DNA of 64,000 nucleotides from Patescibacteria group bacterium (GTDB taxonomy: Bacteria; Patescibacteriota; WWE3; UBA101185; UBA10185), in assembly GCA_016926555.1 (NCBI GenBank), contig JAFGOI010000004.1, forward strand, positions 168,996-232,995, written 5' to 3'. The notes beneath the pieces were generated by a model. The model did not search any database and was not told where the DNA came from. It worked only from the letters and a program-made list of their open reading frames with translations. Positions 49,476 to 58,826 of the stretch are shown one piece after another. Each line of letters starts with the position of its first letter. Position 1 is the first letter of the stretch. The position numbers were made by a program, and so were the translations under genes.

Positions 49476-51575
49476 ATGGTAATGTGTCATAGATGCGGGC
49501 AAAGGCCCGCGAAATACTCTCTTAATAAAGTCGTTGACGGTAAGCAGGTGTATTTAGCTTTGTGTGAGGTATGTTATAGCGCAGTGATGAAAGAGACTTC
49601 CAGCGCAGCAGATAAACTTGATAAGTTCGGTCGGGATTTAACGGAAATGGCAAAGGAAGGCAAATTGGATCCTGTAATTGGAAGAGCGGATGAGATCGAG
49701 AGGGTAATTCATATACTATCCCGAAGAACAAAAAATAATCCGGTTTTAATAGGTGACCCCGGGGTTGGAAAAACAGCTATTGTTGAAGGTTTGGCACAAA
49801 AAATAGTAGCTGGGCAGGTTCCTGAGCCTCTTAGAAATAAGAGGGTATTTGCTCTAGATCTTGCTTCTATTGTCGCTGGAACATCTCATAGAGGTATGTT
49901 TGAGAAACGCCTAAAGGAAATTATTGTGGAGGTAGTTAAAGCAAAAGGGCAGATTATATTGTTCGTCGATGAGCTTCATACAGTTGTAGGGGCTGGGAGT
50001 GCAGAAGGTTCCATGGATGCAGCGAATATACTAAAGCCCGCACTATCCAGAGGGGAACTTCAAATGGTGGGCGCTACTACAATAGATGAGTACAGAAAAT
50101 ATATTGAAAAGGATGCGGCTCTGGAAAGAAGGTTTCAGCAGATTATGGTAAACGAACCTACAACTGAGGATACAATAGAGATACTAAAAGGGTTGCGAGA
50201 GAGATATGAGAAGCATCACAATGTGCGAATTCTAGATGGTGCCATTGAAACAGCCGTTAAGATGAGTGATAGATATATAAGTGATAGATTTCTTCCTGAT
50301 AAAGCTATAGATATTGTTGATGAAGCTTGTGCGTTGGTGAGATTATCTCAGGTAAAAGAGCCTGAAAACCTGAAGAAGGTAGAGGAGGAAATAAATGAGA
50401 TTAAAGATAAACTTCGGGATAAAGATATCAAAGATGAGCAAAGATCAGATTACACGCAAAAATTAGTAGATTTGGAAAAAGTAAAAGGAGAGTTAACAGA
50501 AATCTGGACCCGGACAAAACTTGAGGAAGTTCACGATGTTACTGAGAATCATATTATGCGAGTTGTTTCAAGAGCAACCGGCATACCTTTGGATAAATTG
50601 AGTGTAGCTGAACGTGAGCGTTTATTACATCTAGAAGACAAAATAAAGGAAAGAATTGTCGGTCAAGATGAAGCGGTGCATGTACTCTCTGACGCTATAA
50701 GAAGAGCTAGAGCAGGTTTGAAAGACCCCAAGAGGCCAATTGGATCCTTTTTGTTTTTAGGTCCCACGGGAGTCGGTAAAACTGAATTAGCAAAGACATT
50801 AGCCGAAGCATTATACGGAGATGAAGATATGATAATTCGTTTAGATATGAGTGAGTTTATGGAGAAACACTCTGTTGCTAAGTTAATAGGAGCGCCTCCG
50901 GGATATATTGGTTTTGATCAGGGAGGACAGTTAACGGAAGTTGTTAGAAGAAAACCGTTCTCCGTAATTCTGCTTGATGAAATTGAGAAGGCCCACCCAG
51001 ATACGTTTAATTCTCTTCTACAAATAATGGAAGATGGAAGATTGACAGATAGCAAGGGTAGAACTGTAGATTTTAAAAATACAATTCTGGTACTAACGTC
51101 AAATGTTGGTTCAGAGTTGCTGAGAAAGCAAAATATAGGCTTTGGCGATAATAAAGAAAAATCAAAAGATACTTCGAGAGAGGAGTTTGAGAGAAGGATT
51201 AGGGATTTGTTGAAAGAATCATTTAGACCGGAGTTTCTAAATAGACTGGATGAGGTCATAATATTTACAAGTTTGACGGAAGAGGATGTTGAGGAAATAG
51301 CCAGGAGGTTTGTTGAAAAGGTTAAAGAACTTCTCCAAGAGCAAAAAATCTCCATTAACGTGACTCAGAAGGTGATTAAGCAATTAGCCAAAGAGGGTTT
51401 TAGTTATGAATACGGTGCGCGTCCCCTCAGGAGGCTGATTCAAAAAGAATTGGATAATGTGCTATCCGAAATGCTGATAAAAGGGGAATTAGGTGAGGGG
51501 GATAATGTAAGTGTCAAAGTAGTAGATGGAAAGGTTTCCATTGAAGTTAACGAACCAGTCGAAGTAAAAAAGTAA
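49476..51575 (+). CDS. Clp/Hsp100 ATPase, ClpE/ClpC-like (N-terminal zinc ribbon, two AAA+ modules, ClpP-binding IGF loop)
   Basis: 'CHRCGQ...CEVCYS' zinc ribbon. '[15 protein letters not shown]' and '[12 protein letters not shown]' Walker A motifs. 'NIGFGD' P-loop tripeptide. Short coiled-coil M-domain. Confidence 0.8.
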   Translation: MVMCHRCGQRPAKYSLNKVVDGKQVYLALCEVCYSAVMKETSSAADKLDKFGRDLTEMAKEGKLDPVIGRADEIERVIHILSRRTKNNPVLIGDPGVGKTAIVEGLAQKIVAGQVPEPLRNKRVFALDLASIVAGTSHRGMFEKRLKEIIVEVVKAKGQIILFVDELHTVVGAGSAEGSMDAANILKPALSRGELQMVGATTIDEYRKYIEKDAALERRFQQIMVNEPTTEDTIEILKGLRERYEKHHNVRILDGAIETAVKMSDRYISDRFLPDKAIDIVDEACALVRLSQVKEPENLKKVEEEINEIKDKLRDKDIKDEQRSDYTQKLVDLEKVKGELTEIWTRTKLEEVHDVTENHIMRVVSRATGIPLDKLSVAERERLLHLEDKIKERIVGQDEAVHVLSDAIRRARAGLKDPKRPIGSFLFLGPTGVGKTELAKTLAEALYGDEDMIIRLDMSEFMEKHSVAKLIGAPPGYIGFDQGGQLTEVVRRKPFSVILLDEIEKAHPDTFNSLLQIMEDGRLTDSKGRTVDFKNTILVLTSNVGSELLRKQNIGFGDNKEKSKDTSREEFERRIRDLLKESFRPEFLNRLDEVIIFTSLTEEDVEEIARRFVEKVKELLQEQKISINVTQKVIKQLAKEGFSYEYGARPLRRLIQKELDNVLSEMLIKGELGEGDNVSVKVVDGKVSIEVNEPVEVKK

Positions 51576-51623
51576 GTTGCAGTTGAAAATATAGGCAAAA
51601 TCTGATAATCTGCTTAGGTTCTT

Positions 51624-52022
51624 ATGACTGAAAAAACTCAAACAACAACTGAAGATATAACTCATCACGAAGATTCAACTCAATCTGTGCCTTCTTGGCC
51701 CGATTTCAGGCCCGGCGACATAGTTAGAGTATTATATAAAATAATAGAAGGCAAAAAGGTAAGAACACAGCCGTATGAGGGCATAGTGATCGCGAAAAAA
51801 GGTTCCGGAGTGTCAAAAACGTTTACAGTGAGACGTATTGGAGTACATGGAATTGGAGTCGAAAGGATCTTTCCGTTTTACTCTCCAAATATAGAAAAAC
51901 TTGAAGTAGTCAAAAGGGGTAAGGTTAGAAGGGCGAAACTATATTACTTGAGAGAGAAAAAGGGAAAAGAAGCTATGCGTGTGAGAGAGCGAAAAACGGT
52001 GAAGAAAGTAAAAAACAAGTAG
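51624..52022 (+). CDS. rplS: 50S ribosomal protein L19 with N-terminal extension
   Basis: '[39 protein letters not shown]'. Confidence 0.9.
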   Translation: MTEKTQTTTEDITHHEDSTQSVPSWPDFRPGDIVRVLYKIIEGKKVRTQPYEGIVIAKKGSGVSKTFTVRRIGVHGIGVERIFPFYSPNIEKLEVVKRGKVRRAKLYYLREKKGKEAMRVRERKTVKKVKNK

Positions 52023-52079
52023 TCTCTATTAGAAACCTTATTATTAAGTATCCTTGTCATTTCTGATATCATTACTATA

Positions 52080-53435
52080 GTGCGCAAGCTGTCTGTAAAT
52101 AAAATAATTTTCTTAATTTCGTTATTATTGACACTGCATCAATTTACGTATGCTACCATAATTACGTGTGAGGACGGTGAGCCTGGTCTTAACCCAGGGA
52201 GTGTTTGTACTATAGGAGATCCAAGTGTAGTTACGCGTTGCTGTCCCGGTTTGCAGGAGTATGGATGTCGGCATATAGATCCTGGTGCCCCTCCCAATGT
52301 GGGTGTTTGCACTGCAACTTGTTATGGAAATAATCTCGGATGCTATGCCGGCGGGCCAATGACCTGCTGCGGTTACCCAGATTGGGATTGTGAGGTTACA
52401 AATCCTCCGGCAGGCACGGGGATTTGCAGAAGGCAGTGTACAGCGCATTATAACCAATGTGATTGGGAAGACGATGATTGCTGTGATTATCCTGATTGGA
52501 AGTGTCTTTACGAGACCCCCAGCTATGGCCGTTGCTCAGTAACATGTATATATTTAGGTGAATCCGGCTGTTCTTGGGATGTTCCGTGTTGCGATGATGG
52601 AGATCCCAATTATGATTATCTCTGTGATAATGGCACATGCGTGCTAGATGTGGCAGCAACGTGTCATACAGACGCCGACGTTGATTTTCAGTGTAATACT
52701 GATCTTGATTGTTGCGGGGGCTATGTGTGTAATTCTGATGGTGTTATTGCTCGTTGCACTGCTTGTGGCGGATCAAATGCAGTTTGCGATAGTTATCATC
52801 CTTGCTGCGGAGATTATGTTTGTAGAGAAGGTTACTGTGTTTTAGAGTGTGTTTATGAGAATTGTGATGACGACCATCTCTGCTGTGGGCAGTATACGTG
52901 TGAATCAGGAAATTGTGTGGAAGATTGTCTTGGCCATGGCGCTACATGTACGTCTCAAGGTGAGTGCTGCCTTTCTATGGATTTAGAATGTGACTTTTCT
53001 GCGGATCCTTACACAGGGCGTTGTACAACATATTATGAAGGAGATCCAAATGATCCTGATACCTGTTATCACACCGGTTATGCCTGCGATACAAGTTCTG
53101 ATTCGTGTTGCAATTACTTAGGGCTTGATTGTGAGGCATCTCCTTTGACTACGCAGGGTATTTGTACGAACTCTGCTGCAGCAGTACCCTCCGCAGATTT
53201 TACGGAGTTCCTAGGAATTATTAGTACGTTTGTAGATATTGCCTTTTATATAGCATTTGTATTGGGTGCGGCTATAGTTATGAAATCGGGGTATGGATTC
53301 ATTACTAGTGCAGGGGATCCAATGAAGATGAAAGAAGCTCGCGACGACTTCATAAGTGCGGTAACCGGTGTTGGATACGTTGTTTTATCTCGCCCATTGA
53401 TCAATATTTTTATGAGTTCTATGCTGGGTGTGTGA
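52080..53435 (+). CDS. Cysteine-rich modular extracytoplasmic protein with C-terminal two-helix membrane anchor
   Basis: Signal peptide 'MRKLSVNKIIFLISLLLTLHQFTYA'. About 54 Cys in a 335-aa ectodomain arranged as nine C-x5-6-CC-x4-6-C-x4-10-C-x2-3-C modules. C-terminal hydrophobic hairpin 'FVDIAFYIAFVLGAAIVM...ISAVTGVGYVVLSRPLINIFM'. Confidence 0.55.
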   Translation: MRKLSVNKIIFLISLLLTLHQFTYATIITCEDGEPGLNPGSVCTIGDPSVVTRCCPGLQEYGCRHIDPGAPPNVGVCTATCYGNNLGCYAGGPMTCCGYPDWDCEVTNPPAGTGICRRQCTAHYNQCDWEDDDCCDYPDWKCLYETPSYGRCSVTCIYLGESGCSWDVPCCDDGDPNYDYLCDNGTCVLDVAATCHTDADVDFQCNTDLDCCGGYVCNSDGVIARCTACGGSNAVCDSYHPCCGDYVCREGYCVLECVYENCDDDHLCCGQYTCESGNCVEDCLGHGATCTSQGECCLSMDLECDFSADPYTGRCTTYYEGDPNDPDTCYHTGYACDTSSDSCCNYLGLDCEASPLTTQGICTNSAAAVPSADFTEFLGIISTFVDIAFYIAFVLGAAIVMKSGYGFITSAGDPMKMKEARDDFISAVTGVGYVVLSRPLINIFMSSMLGV

Positions 53436-53556
53436 GAGACGGAAAGCTTTTTTTCCGTGAAAGAATTTTCTTACCAAAATGGATATAACTAATTGCTTTT
53501 TGAAATTTACCTACTGCTGTCTAGGTTTTCATACTAGGTCAGGTTATAATTAAAGA

Positions 53557-53967
53557 ATGGTAAATATTCTTGCTTTGCTAAAGTTTCTTTTATTTTTTGG
53601 GCTAATTATTTTTGCATTCACACTTGAGATCTGGTTTAGAAAGTTATATTTCTCTATTACAAAGACTCATTATAAGTCTCATGAATTCACGTTTGGCAAG
53701 TATATATATTTTCTGATCCTTCCGATAATTGTAATCATATATTCTGTTAGTGAGTTTGAGTTTAATTATTTGGGTGTATTTTTAAGCTTTATGTTTTTAG
53801 GTACTTTGGCGGAGTGGTTGATAGGATTCTTCTATCATAAATTAATGGGGCATCGTTTGTGGACTTATAACAAGTTTAGTATTACAAAATACACTAGTTT
53901 CTTATCTATGCCGTTATGGGGATTAGCCGGATTGATTTTCTGGCTTTTTATGAGGATTTTTTTGTAG
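53557..53967 (+). CDS. Hypothetical 4-TM membrane protein
   Basis: 136 aa with four hydrophobic segments. No domain recognised. Confidence 0.4.
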   Translation: MVNILALLKFLLFFGLIIFAFTLEIWFRKLYFSITKTHYKSHEFTFGKYIYFLILPIIVIIYSVSEFEFNYLGVFLSFMFLGTLAEWLIGFFYHKLMGHRLWTYNKFSITKYTSFLSMPLWGLAGLIFWLFMRIFL

Positions 53968-53987
53968 TTGATGGGGATATGCTAATG

Positions 53988-54623
53988 CTAATAGGATACT
54001 TTACTTAAGTCCATTTCCTTTGAGACATACTCCCATATGTTTTTATGAACTTTTTCAACTGTATCATCTGATTTTACTATGTTCCATTTAAACTTTTCCG
54101 CTAAATTAAGATGTATTTCGCGGTTTTTATTCCATATTTCATTTGGTGAGTCCTCAAATATATGTCCCTTTTCAATAGCTTGAACAAATCTTTTTCCATC
54201 CATCAAAATGGATAAATCGGGTGTCAACAAATAATTATTAACTTTTAAAAGCGATTTTAATGGCAAGCCTTTTGTTACACCCCATGCTAATCCCGTACCT
54301 ATATAATCTTCTGCTACAACATTGATGCCGGCTTTGAGACAGCTTTCCAAGGTTGTTTGAAAGTCTCTCCTGTTTTGTGCGTAGAGCGCTTGCAGTTCCA
54401 AATCAGTTATTTTCTGTTTATTCTTATTTTTTTTAATTATCTGGTATAGTTGGGGTCCCGTAGGTTCCAGAGTGTATATGGGGTATTTTAATATCATAAT
54501 TTGAATATGATACTGTGTTATTAGTTTTTTGGATAATAGATCTATTTGGGTAGATTTGCCGACATTATTTGGACCGTATATTACTATAAAACGACCTCTT
54601 TGTACTATATCGAGATACTTCAC
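53988..54623 (-). CDS. tmk: Thymidylate (dTMP) kinase-like
   Basis: P-loop 'IYGPNNVGKSTQ', 'LEPTG' and a LID-like region. Size and block order match Tmk. Confidence 0.55.
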   Translation of the reverse strand: MKYLDIVQRGRFIVIYGPNNVGKSTQIDLLSKKLITQYHIQIMILKYPIYTLEPTGPQLYQIIKKNKNKQKITDLELQALYAQNRRDFQTTLESCLKAGINVVAEDYIGTGLAWGVTKGLPLKSLLKVNNYLLTPDLSILMDGKRFVQAIEKGHIFEDSPNEIWNKNREIHLNLAEKFKWNIVKSDDTVEKVHKNIWEYVSKEMDLSKVSY

Positions 54624-54777
54624 TATTGGTTATTGTAACATGGGATAACCAGACCAATAATATACTGATGGGAAAGAGTGTATGTATGTGATTATGGGGA
54701 GATTACAGCATTGATTGTTCGCAGGGTTCGAAAATCCAGTTTAGTTAGATATCGAGCATTTAATAAAATTACCGGTA

Positions 54778-55071
54778 GTGTATAATCGGAAATATCAGTA
54801 CTGTATGAAAAGCTTAACAATTACTTCCATAACCTTTGATAAAAGTTTAAAAAGCAAGATTATTAGAGCTTTCGGTAAAAAGAAAACTGCAGGTGGTTTG
54901 ATCGTAGAATCTGAATCTGAGAGACCCGTTTTAACGAAGCAGGGAGAAGAACTGCGTTTATCTGAGTTTGGTGGGATAGTAAAGGGGTCCGAGGTCTACT
55001 TAAAATCAGATATAACTTCTCTAATCGAGTTCTACGAGGATAGTGGATTATGGGATTCAGAGAATGGTTAA
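54778..55071 (+). CDS. Hypothetical protein (about 90 aa)
   Basis: ORF with no recognised domain. The probable start is ATG 54804 (MKSLTI...), with a TATAAT hexamer at 54777-54782. Confidence 0.3.
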   Translation: MYNRKYQYCMKSLTITSITFDKSLKSKIIRAFGKKKTAGGLIVESESERPVLTKQGEELRLSEFGGIVKGSEVYLKSDITSLIEFYEDSGLWDSENG

Positions 55072-55886
55072 AAGGTCTATTTAAGATCGAAAACCTCACG
55101 TTTTCACCCTCGTTTAAATTGTTTTCAGATAACCAGAAAGAGGAAAATACATACGTTTTGCATCTGGGTGGAGAAAGAACCGAGATAGATACGGAAAATC
55201 AGAAAATTATAATTTCTTCCAGGGATGTAGAAGAAAAATACCTCCCAGAGGTGCTAAATAAACACGGTATACCTATACTTGAAGATGAGTATAAAAGAGA
55301 TGGAGATGAATATGCTCTTCTCGCTAGAGATACTGGTAGTAAGGCGTTTGCAGTTGTGAACTTTTTTAATGGTATCCTAACCAATAACGATATAACAATA
55401 TTAAAGGCCGCTGTTTTTGTACGAAAGGCGAGTGCCCAGAATCCTGAGAAAGTACCAAGAATAAGGCAAGGTATCATAGATAGGTTTGGTCGATACGGTA
55501 ACAATATGTGTAATCTTTTTACAGCTGGTCACTATACAGATTGGTTTATACCAATGTATGAGGAGATGGCCAAAAGAGAGGACTTTACGAATGAGAAATT
55601 TAGAACCCTGCATGAGGATATCGTGTGGAATTATCCATTTGCTGTTTTCGTGTCGACGCATAGAAATGAGGAGGAGACTAGAGAAGAGATAGTAGATAAA
55701 ATTAACCAAATGGAGACTTACGGTATTAAGACACTTTATATACATGGTATTGGAGAGGAAAATATTAGAACAATAAGGAGAGTTGTTGATGAGCTAATTG
55801 AGGAGAAGGGTGATTACTTGCAAAAGACTGTGATTGAGGATGTCCGTTTTATATCTGTAAAGATAAGAAGAATTTCAGTTAAATAG
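55050..55886 (+). CDS. Hypothetical protein (278 aa)
   Basis: Overlaps the upstream ORF by 22 nt in another frame. No recognisable motif. Acidic and soluble. Confidence 0.4.
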   Translation: MGFREWLKGLFKIENLTFSPSFKLFSDNQKEENTYVLHLGGERTEIDTENQKIIISSRDVEEKYLPEVLNKHGIPILEDEYKRDGDEYALLARDTGSKAFAVVNFFNGILTNNDITILKAAVFVRKASAQNPEKVPRIRQGIIDRFGRYGNNMCNLFTAGHYTDWFIPMYEEMAKREDFTNEKFRTLHEDIVWNYPFAVFVSTHRNEEETREEIVDKINQMETYGIKTLYIHGIGEENIRTIRRVVDELIEEKGDYLQKTVIEDVRFISVKIRRISVK

Positions 55887-56060
55887 TGATACAGTAAGCC
55901 GGTTTGCGATTGCAAAAAGTGTTCTTGATAAATACTATTGAAGTGTGACTATCAATTTTCATGGTGGGGTACGCTGAATAACCCCGAATTGGATTATAAC
56001 TTGATTTTTACTTTCGTTGACATAGATTCAACGATTGTTAGGATAGGTAGTAAAAATTAA

Positions 56061-56858
56061 TTAGACAATTATCGTAGTAGATAAGGGGAAATGGTCAGAA
56101 ACACTATGAAATAATTCTTCCTTGTGAACAATAGTGTCTTTAGTTTTGATATCAGGTGTGTGAAATATATAATCTACCCTTACAAATGGTTCTGTGACCT
56201 TAGCGGGGAACAATTTACTTGGCATTGTTGGACTTGCACTATTGTCAGCGTCTATAAATCCGTTTTTCTTTATAACTTCAACAACTTCACATCGTTGCAT
56301 TTCGTCAATAACCGGTTTTAACTGTTTGTTTAGTTCTTTATTTTCTGCTTCAAATTGATTTCTGATTTTATTTTCGCCTTTTAAATCGGTGTTTGTGAAG
56401 GTATTTAAATCACCATGAATGATTGCTGGTTTTTTTATTTGTTCTAACAATGAACTTACTTCCCTTAGCCGTGTGTCTTCGCTTAGGTCATCGAAGTAGC
56501 ACGTATATATATTCAAATCGTCTAAAACTGTTTCAATATAGTTACGGTTAAATGCACGTATGATATTAAACTGCTTAACTTCCAAATTGGCCATTACAGC
56601 TACACCTACTTCTTTTTCTACACGTGAATCTTCCATATCAACATGAAGAACATGTTTATAACCGAAGGCTTGTTTCAGTTCCTCTATACTAAAGGTATCT
56701 TTCCACTTGAAAGTATCACACAGACCAACGTATTCAGCATTTATTGTTTTTACAGCATCTTTCAATAGTTCGAATCTATTTGTTAATTTCGAAGTCAGTT
56801 CGTAATTTTCAAAGCAACCTGACATTATGTTATAGCTAAGTAGTTTAAATGGATTCAC
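56061..56858 (-). CDS. Endonuclease/exonuclease/phosphatase (EEP) family protein
   Basis: 'LSYNIMSG' N-terminal block and the C-terminal 'SDHFPL' EEP signature. Confidence 0.7.
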   Translation of the reverse strand: MNPFKLLSYNIMSGCFENYELTSKLTNRFELLKDAVKTINAEYVGLCDTFKWKDTFSIEELKQAFGYKHVLHVDMEDSRVEKEVGVAVMANLEVKQFNIIRAFNRNYIETVLDDLNIYTCYFDDLSEDTRLREVSSLLEQIKKPAIIHGDLNTFTNTDLKGENKIRNQFEAENKELNKQLKPVIDEMQRCEVVEVIKKNGFIDADNSASPTMPSKLFPAKVTEPFVRVDYIFHTPDIKTKDTIVHKEELFHSVSDHFPLSTTIIV

Positions 56859-56874
56859 AGGAAAATTATATCAT

Positions 56875-56949
56875 TGGTGGGGGTGGAGGGGATCGAACCC
56901 TCGACACATAGCTTAAAAGGCTACTGCTCTACCACTGAGCTACACCCCC
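56875..56949 (-). tRNA. tRNA-Lys (anticodon TTT), CCA encoded
   Basis: Reverse complement folds as GGGGGTG-TA-GCTC-AGTGGTA-GAGC-A-GTAGC-CTTTTAA-GCTAT-GTGTC-GAGGG-TTCGATC-CCCTC-CACCCCC-A-CCA. Confidence 0.85.
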
Positions 56950-57015
56950 TAAAAAGCGCCAGTAACCTGAAAGATTATACCGTAAGCGGGTATTTTTTTA
57001 AACTATAAGGAAATT

Positions 57016-57294
57016 CTACTTTATATTGATTTTAATTGCCATTCCCTCTGTAAGTGCTTTACCGATTTTTTCGTGTGCGGATGTGATAATTCTCTGGAAA
57101 GTACTCTGTGAGATCTTCATTTGTTCTGCCGCCGCTGTTTGATTTAGCTCCTCGCAATCGGCAAGTCTGACTGCTTCTAATTCGTCATGCGAGAGTTCAA
57201 TTTCTTCCAAGTGGCGCATAGGAACACCTCTTGGTTTGTAATATGTAACCGATGGGTTAAATTGAATATGTCTGAATCTTTTTGGTCTTGGCAT
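57016..57294 (-). CDS. DUF134 (UPF0251) predicted DNA-binding protein
   Basis: 'MPRPKRFRHIQFNPSVTYYKPRGVP' N-terminal signature and a C-terminal sigma-70 region-4-like HTH ('ISQSTFQRIITSAHEKIGKAL'). Confidence 0.65.
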   Translation of the reverse strand: MPRPKRFRHIQFNPSVTYYKPRGVPMRHLEEIELSHDELEAVRLADCEELNQTAAAEQMKISQSTFQRIITSAHEKIGKALTEGMAIKINIK

Positions 57295-57354
57295 AAATGG
57301 AGTATATCAGATTTTTATATTTTTTCTGGGGCGGTAAAAACCGCCCCATATAAT

Positions 57355-57618
57355 TTATTTTTGTAGTTCGATTAAATCTTCTTCAACAGCTTTCATCTCT
57401 TCTTCAAGCATTTTTTTGTAGTCTTTTAAATATTCTAACTGGTCTTCTTTGGTAGGTGGCTTCTGCCAGAAAAATCTTCTTCCGAAACCCCTGCCGGGAC
57501 CTCTTCCAAATCCTCTACCAAAGCCACGTCCATGTGCGTAACCGTCACCACAGGGACCCATTCCTCTTCCAGTCATTGGTCCGTGACCCATAGGTCCTGT
57601 TCCGTCAAAATATGGCAT
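57355..57618 (-). CDS. DUF5320-like Gly/Arg-repeat protein
   Basis: 'MPYFDGTGPMGHGPMTGRGMGPCGDG' then 'GRGFGRGFGRGPGRGFGRR', then a coiled coil 'KEDQLEYLKDYKKMLEEEMKAVEEDLIELQK'. SD 'AGGAGG' 7 nt before the internal ATG used here. The ORF track extends to 57684. Confidence 0.55.
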   Translation of the reverse strand: MPYFDGTGPMGHGPMTGRGMGPCGDGYAHGRGFGRGFGRGPGRGFGRRFFWQKPPTKEDQLEYLKDYKKMLEEEMKAVEEDLIELQK

Positions 57619-57724
57619 ATTTAGTACCTCCTTATAATGAAATTCATACATTATGAATATATACCCATATCGTAATTTTGTCAAGATGCGGTTATTACTA
57701 ACACAAATAGAGACTAAAGTGTAT

Positions 57725-58801
57725 TTACTGCCTGAGAGAATTAATTACAGTATTGTAGGTATGTACATTGTGTATGCTCGCCAAACGGTATGCAGTAGTT
57801 TCATTGATTTTAAATAAATGATGCAAGTATGCTTTGGTATATTTTTTACATGTGGTGCAATTGCAGGATTTTGATATCGGGTTTTTATCTTTTTTATACT
57901 TTGAGCTTCCGATGTTTATTAGTTCGTATGACTCCGGATCACATAAACTTGTTAGCGAATTTCGGGCACGTTTCAAACTATACAACCGTTTGTGTCTGGC
58001 ATCTCTAGTGGGAAGTGTACAATCAAAAATTTCCCAGCCCTGTGTAAATAGTGTAACTATCTGCCAGGGAGTTCCAATTCCCAAAGCAAATTTAAAATAA
58101 TTATCAGGAATAAGTTGTGCTGTATATTCTGATATCCCATAGTCAAAGTTGCCTTTTTTATCCATCGGATAGCCGCCATAACCGTATCCATCGAAACCGA
58201 TTTCTAAAAGTTTTTCTGCGCAGTACTTACGCAGTTTTTTGTCGGAATGTCCTTGTATAACTGCCATTAGTTTTGGTCTATCATGTTGCTTCATTTGCCG
58301 TTTTGTTATCTGTTTCTCAAATTCTATTTTTGACTTTTGAGCCCATAAAATAGTTCTTTCCACAGAGTTTTTTAGTTCTTTTTTGTCAGCTTTCGGATTC
58401 GTAAAATCATCTAGACATACTATAATATCGGAACCTATTTCAAATTGGATTTTAATTGATTCTTCCGGTGTGAATAGTTTCTTTTTTTGGCCATTTTCTT
58501 GAAAATAAACACCTTCATCCGTAATTTTTCCGGATCTTTTATGTCTATAAATTAACGAAAAAATCTGCCATCCCCCCGAATCCGAAACAACCAGACCTTT
58601 ATAGTTCATAAAGCCTTTTATACCGCCAAATTTCCCTAAAACTTCCATACCGGGATTTTTCAATAGGTGGTAAGTGTTAACTACAACTCCCTCCACTTTT
58701 TTAAGATCTTCAAGGCCGAGTGATCTAATTACGCCTAAAGTCGCATCTGGTAGGTATATAGGTAGCTTGTAATTTTTTCCTTGTATGTTTATTTTGGTCA
58801 C
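57725..58801 (-). CDS. tgt: tRNA-guanine transglycosylase (queuine tRNA-ribosyltransferase)
   Basis: 'LPDATLGVIRSLG', catalytic 'VVSDSGGWQ' and zinc site 'CNCTTCKKYTKAYLHHL'. Confidence 0.85.
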   Translation of the reverse strand: MTKINIQGKNYKLPIYLPDATLGVIRSLGLEDLKKVEGVVVNTYHLLKNPGMEVLGKFGGIKGFMNYKGLVVSDSGGWQIFSLIYRHKRSGKITDEGVYFQENGQKKKLFTPEESIKIQFEIGSDIIVCLDDFTNPKADKKELKNSVERTILWAQKSKIEFEKQITKRQMKQHDRPKLMAVIQGHSDKKLRKYCAEKLLEIGFDGYGYGGYPMDKKGNFDYGISEYTAQLIPDNYFKFALGIGTPWQIVTLFTQGWEIFDCTLPTRDARHKRLYSLKRARNSLTSLCDPESYELINIGSSKYKKDKNPISKSCNCTTCKKYTKAYLHHLFKINETTAYRLASIHNVHTYNTVINSLRQ

Positions 58802-58826
58802 GAAGGGATTATATCGTATAAATTAT

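Noticed and set aside
53436-53470. Hairpin 'CGGAAAgcttttTTTCCG' after the Cys-rich gene, as a terminator
   Set aside because: It is plausible, but the stem is only 6 bp and AT-rich and has no downstream U-tract beyond the loop's own T-run. The evidence is too weak to list as a feature.
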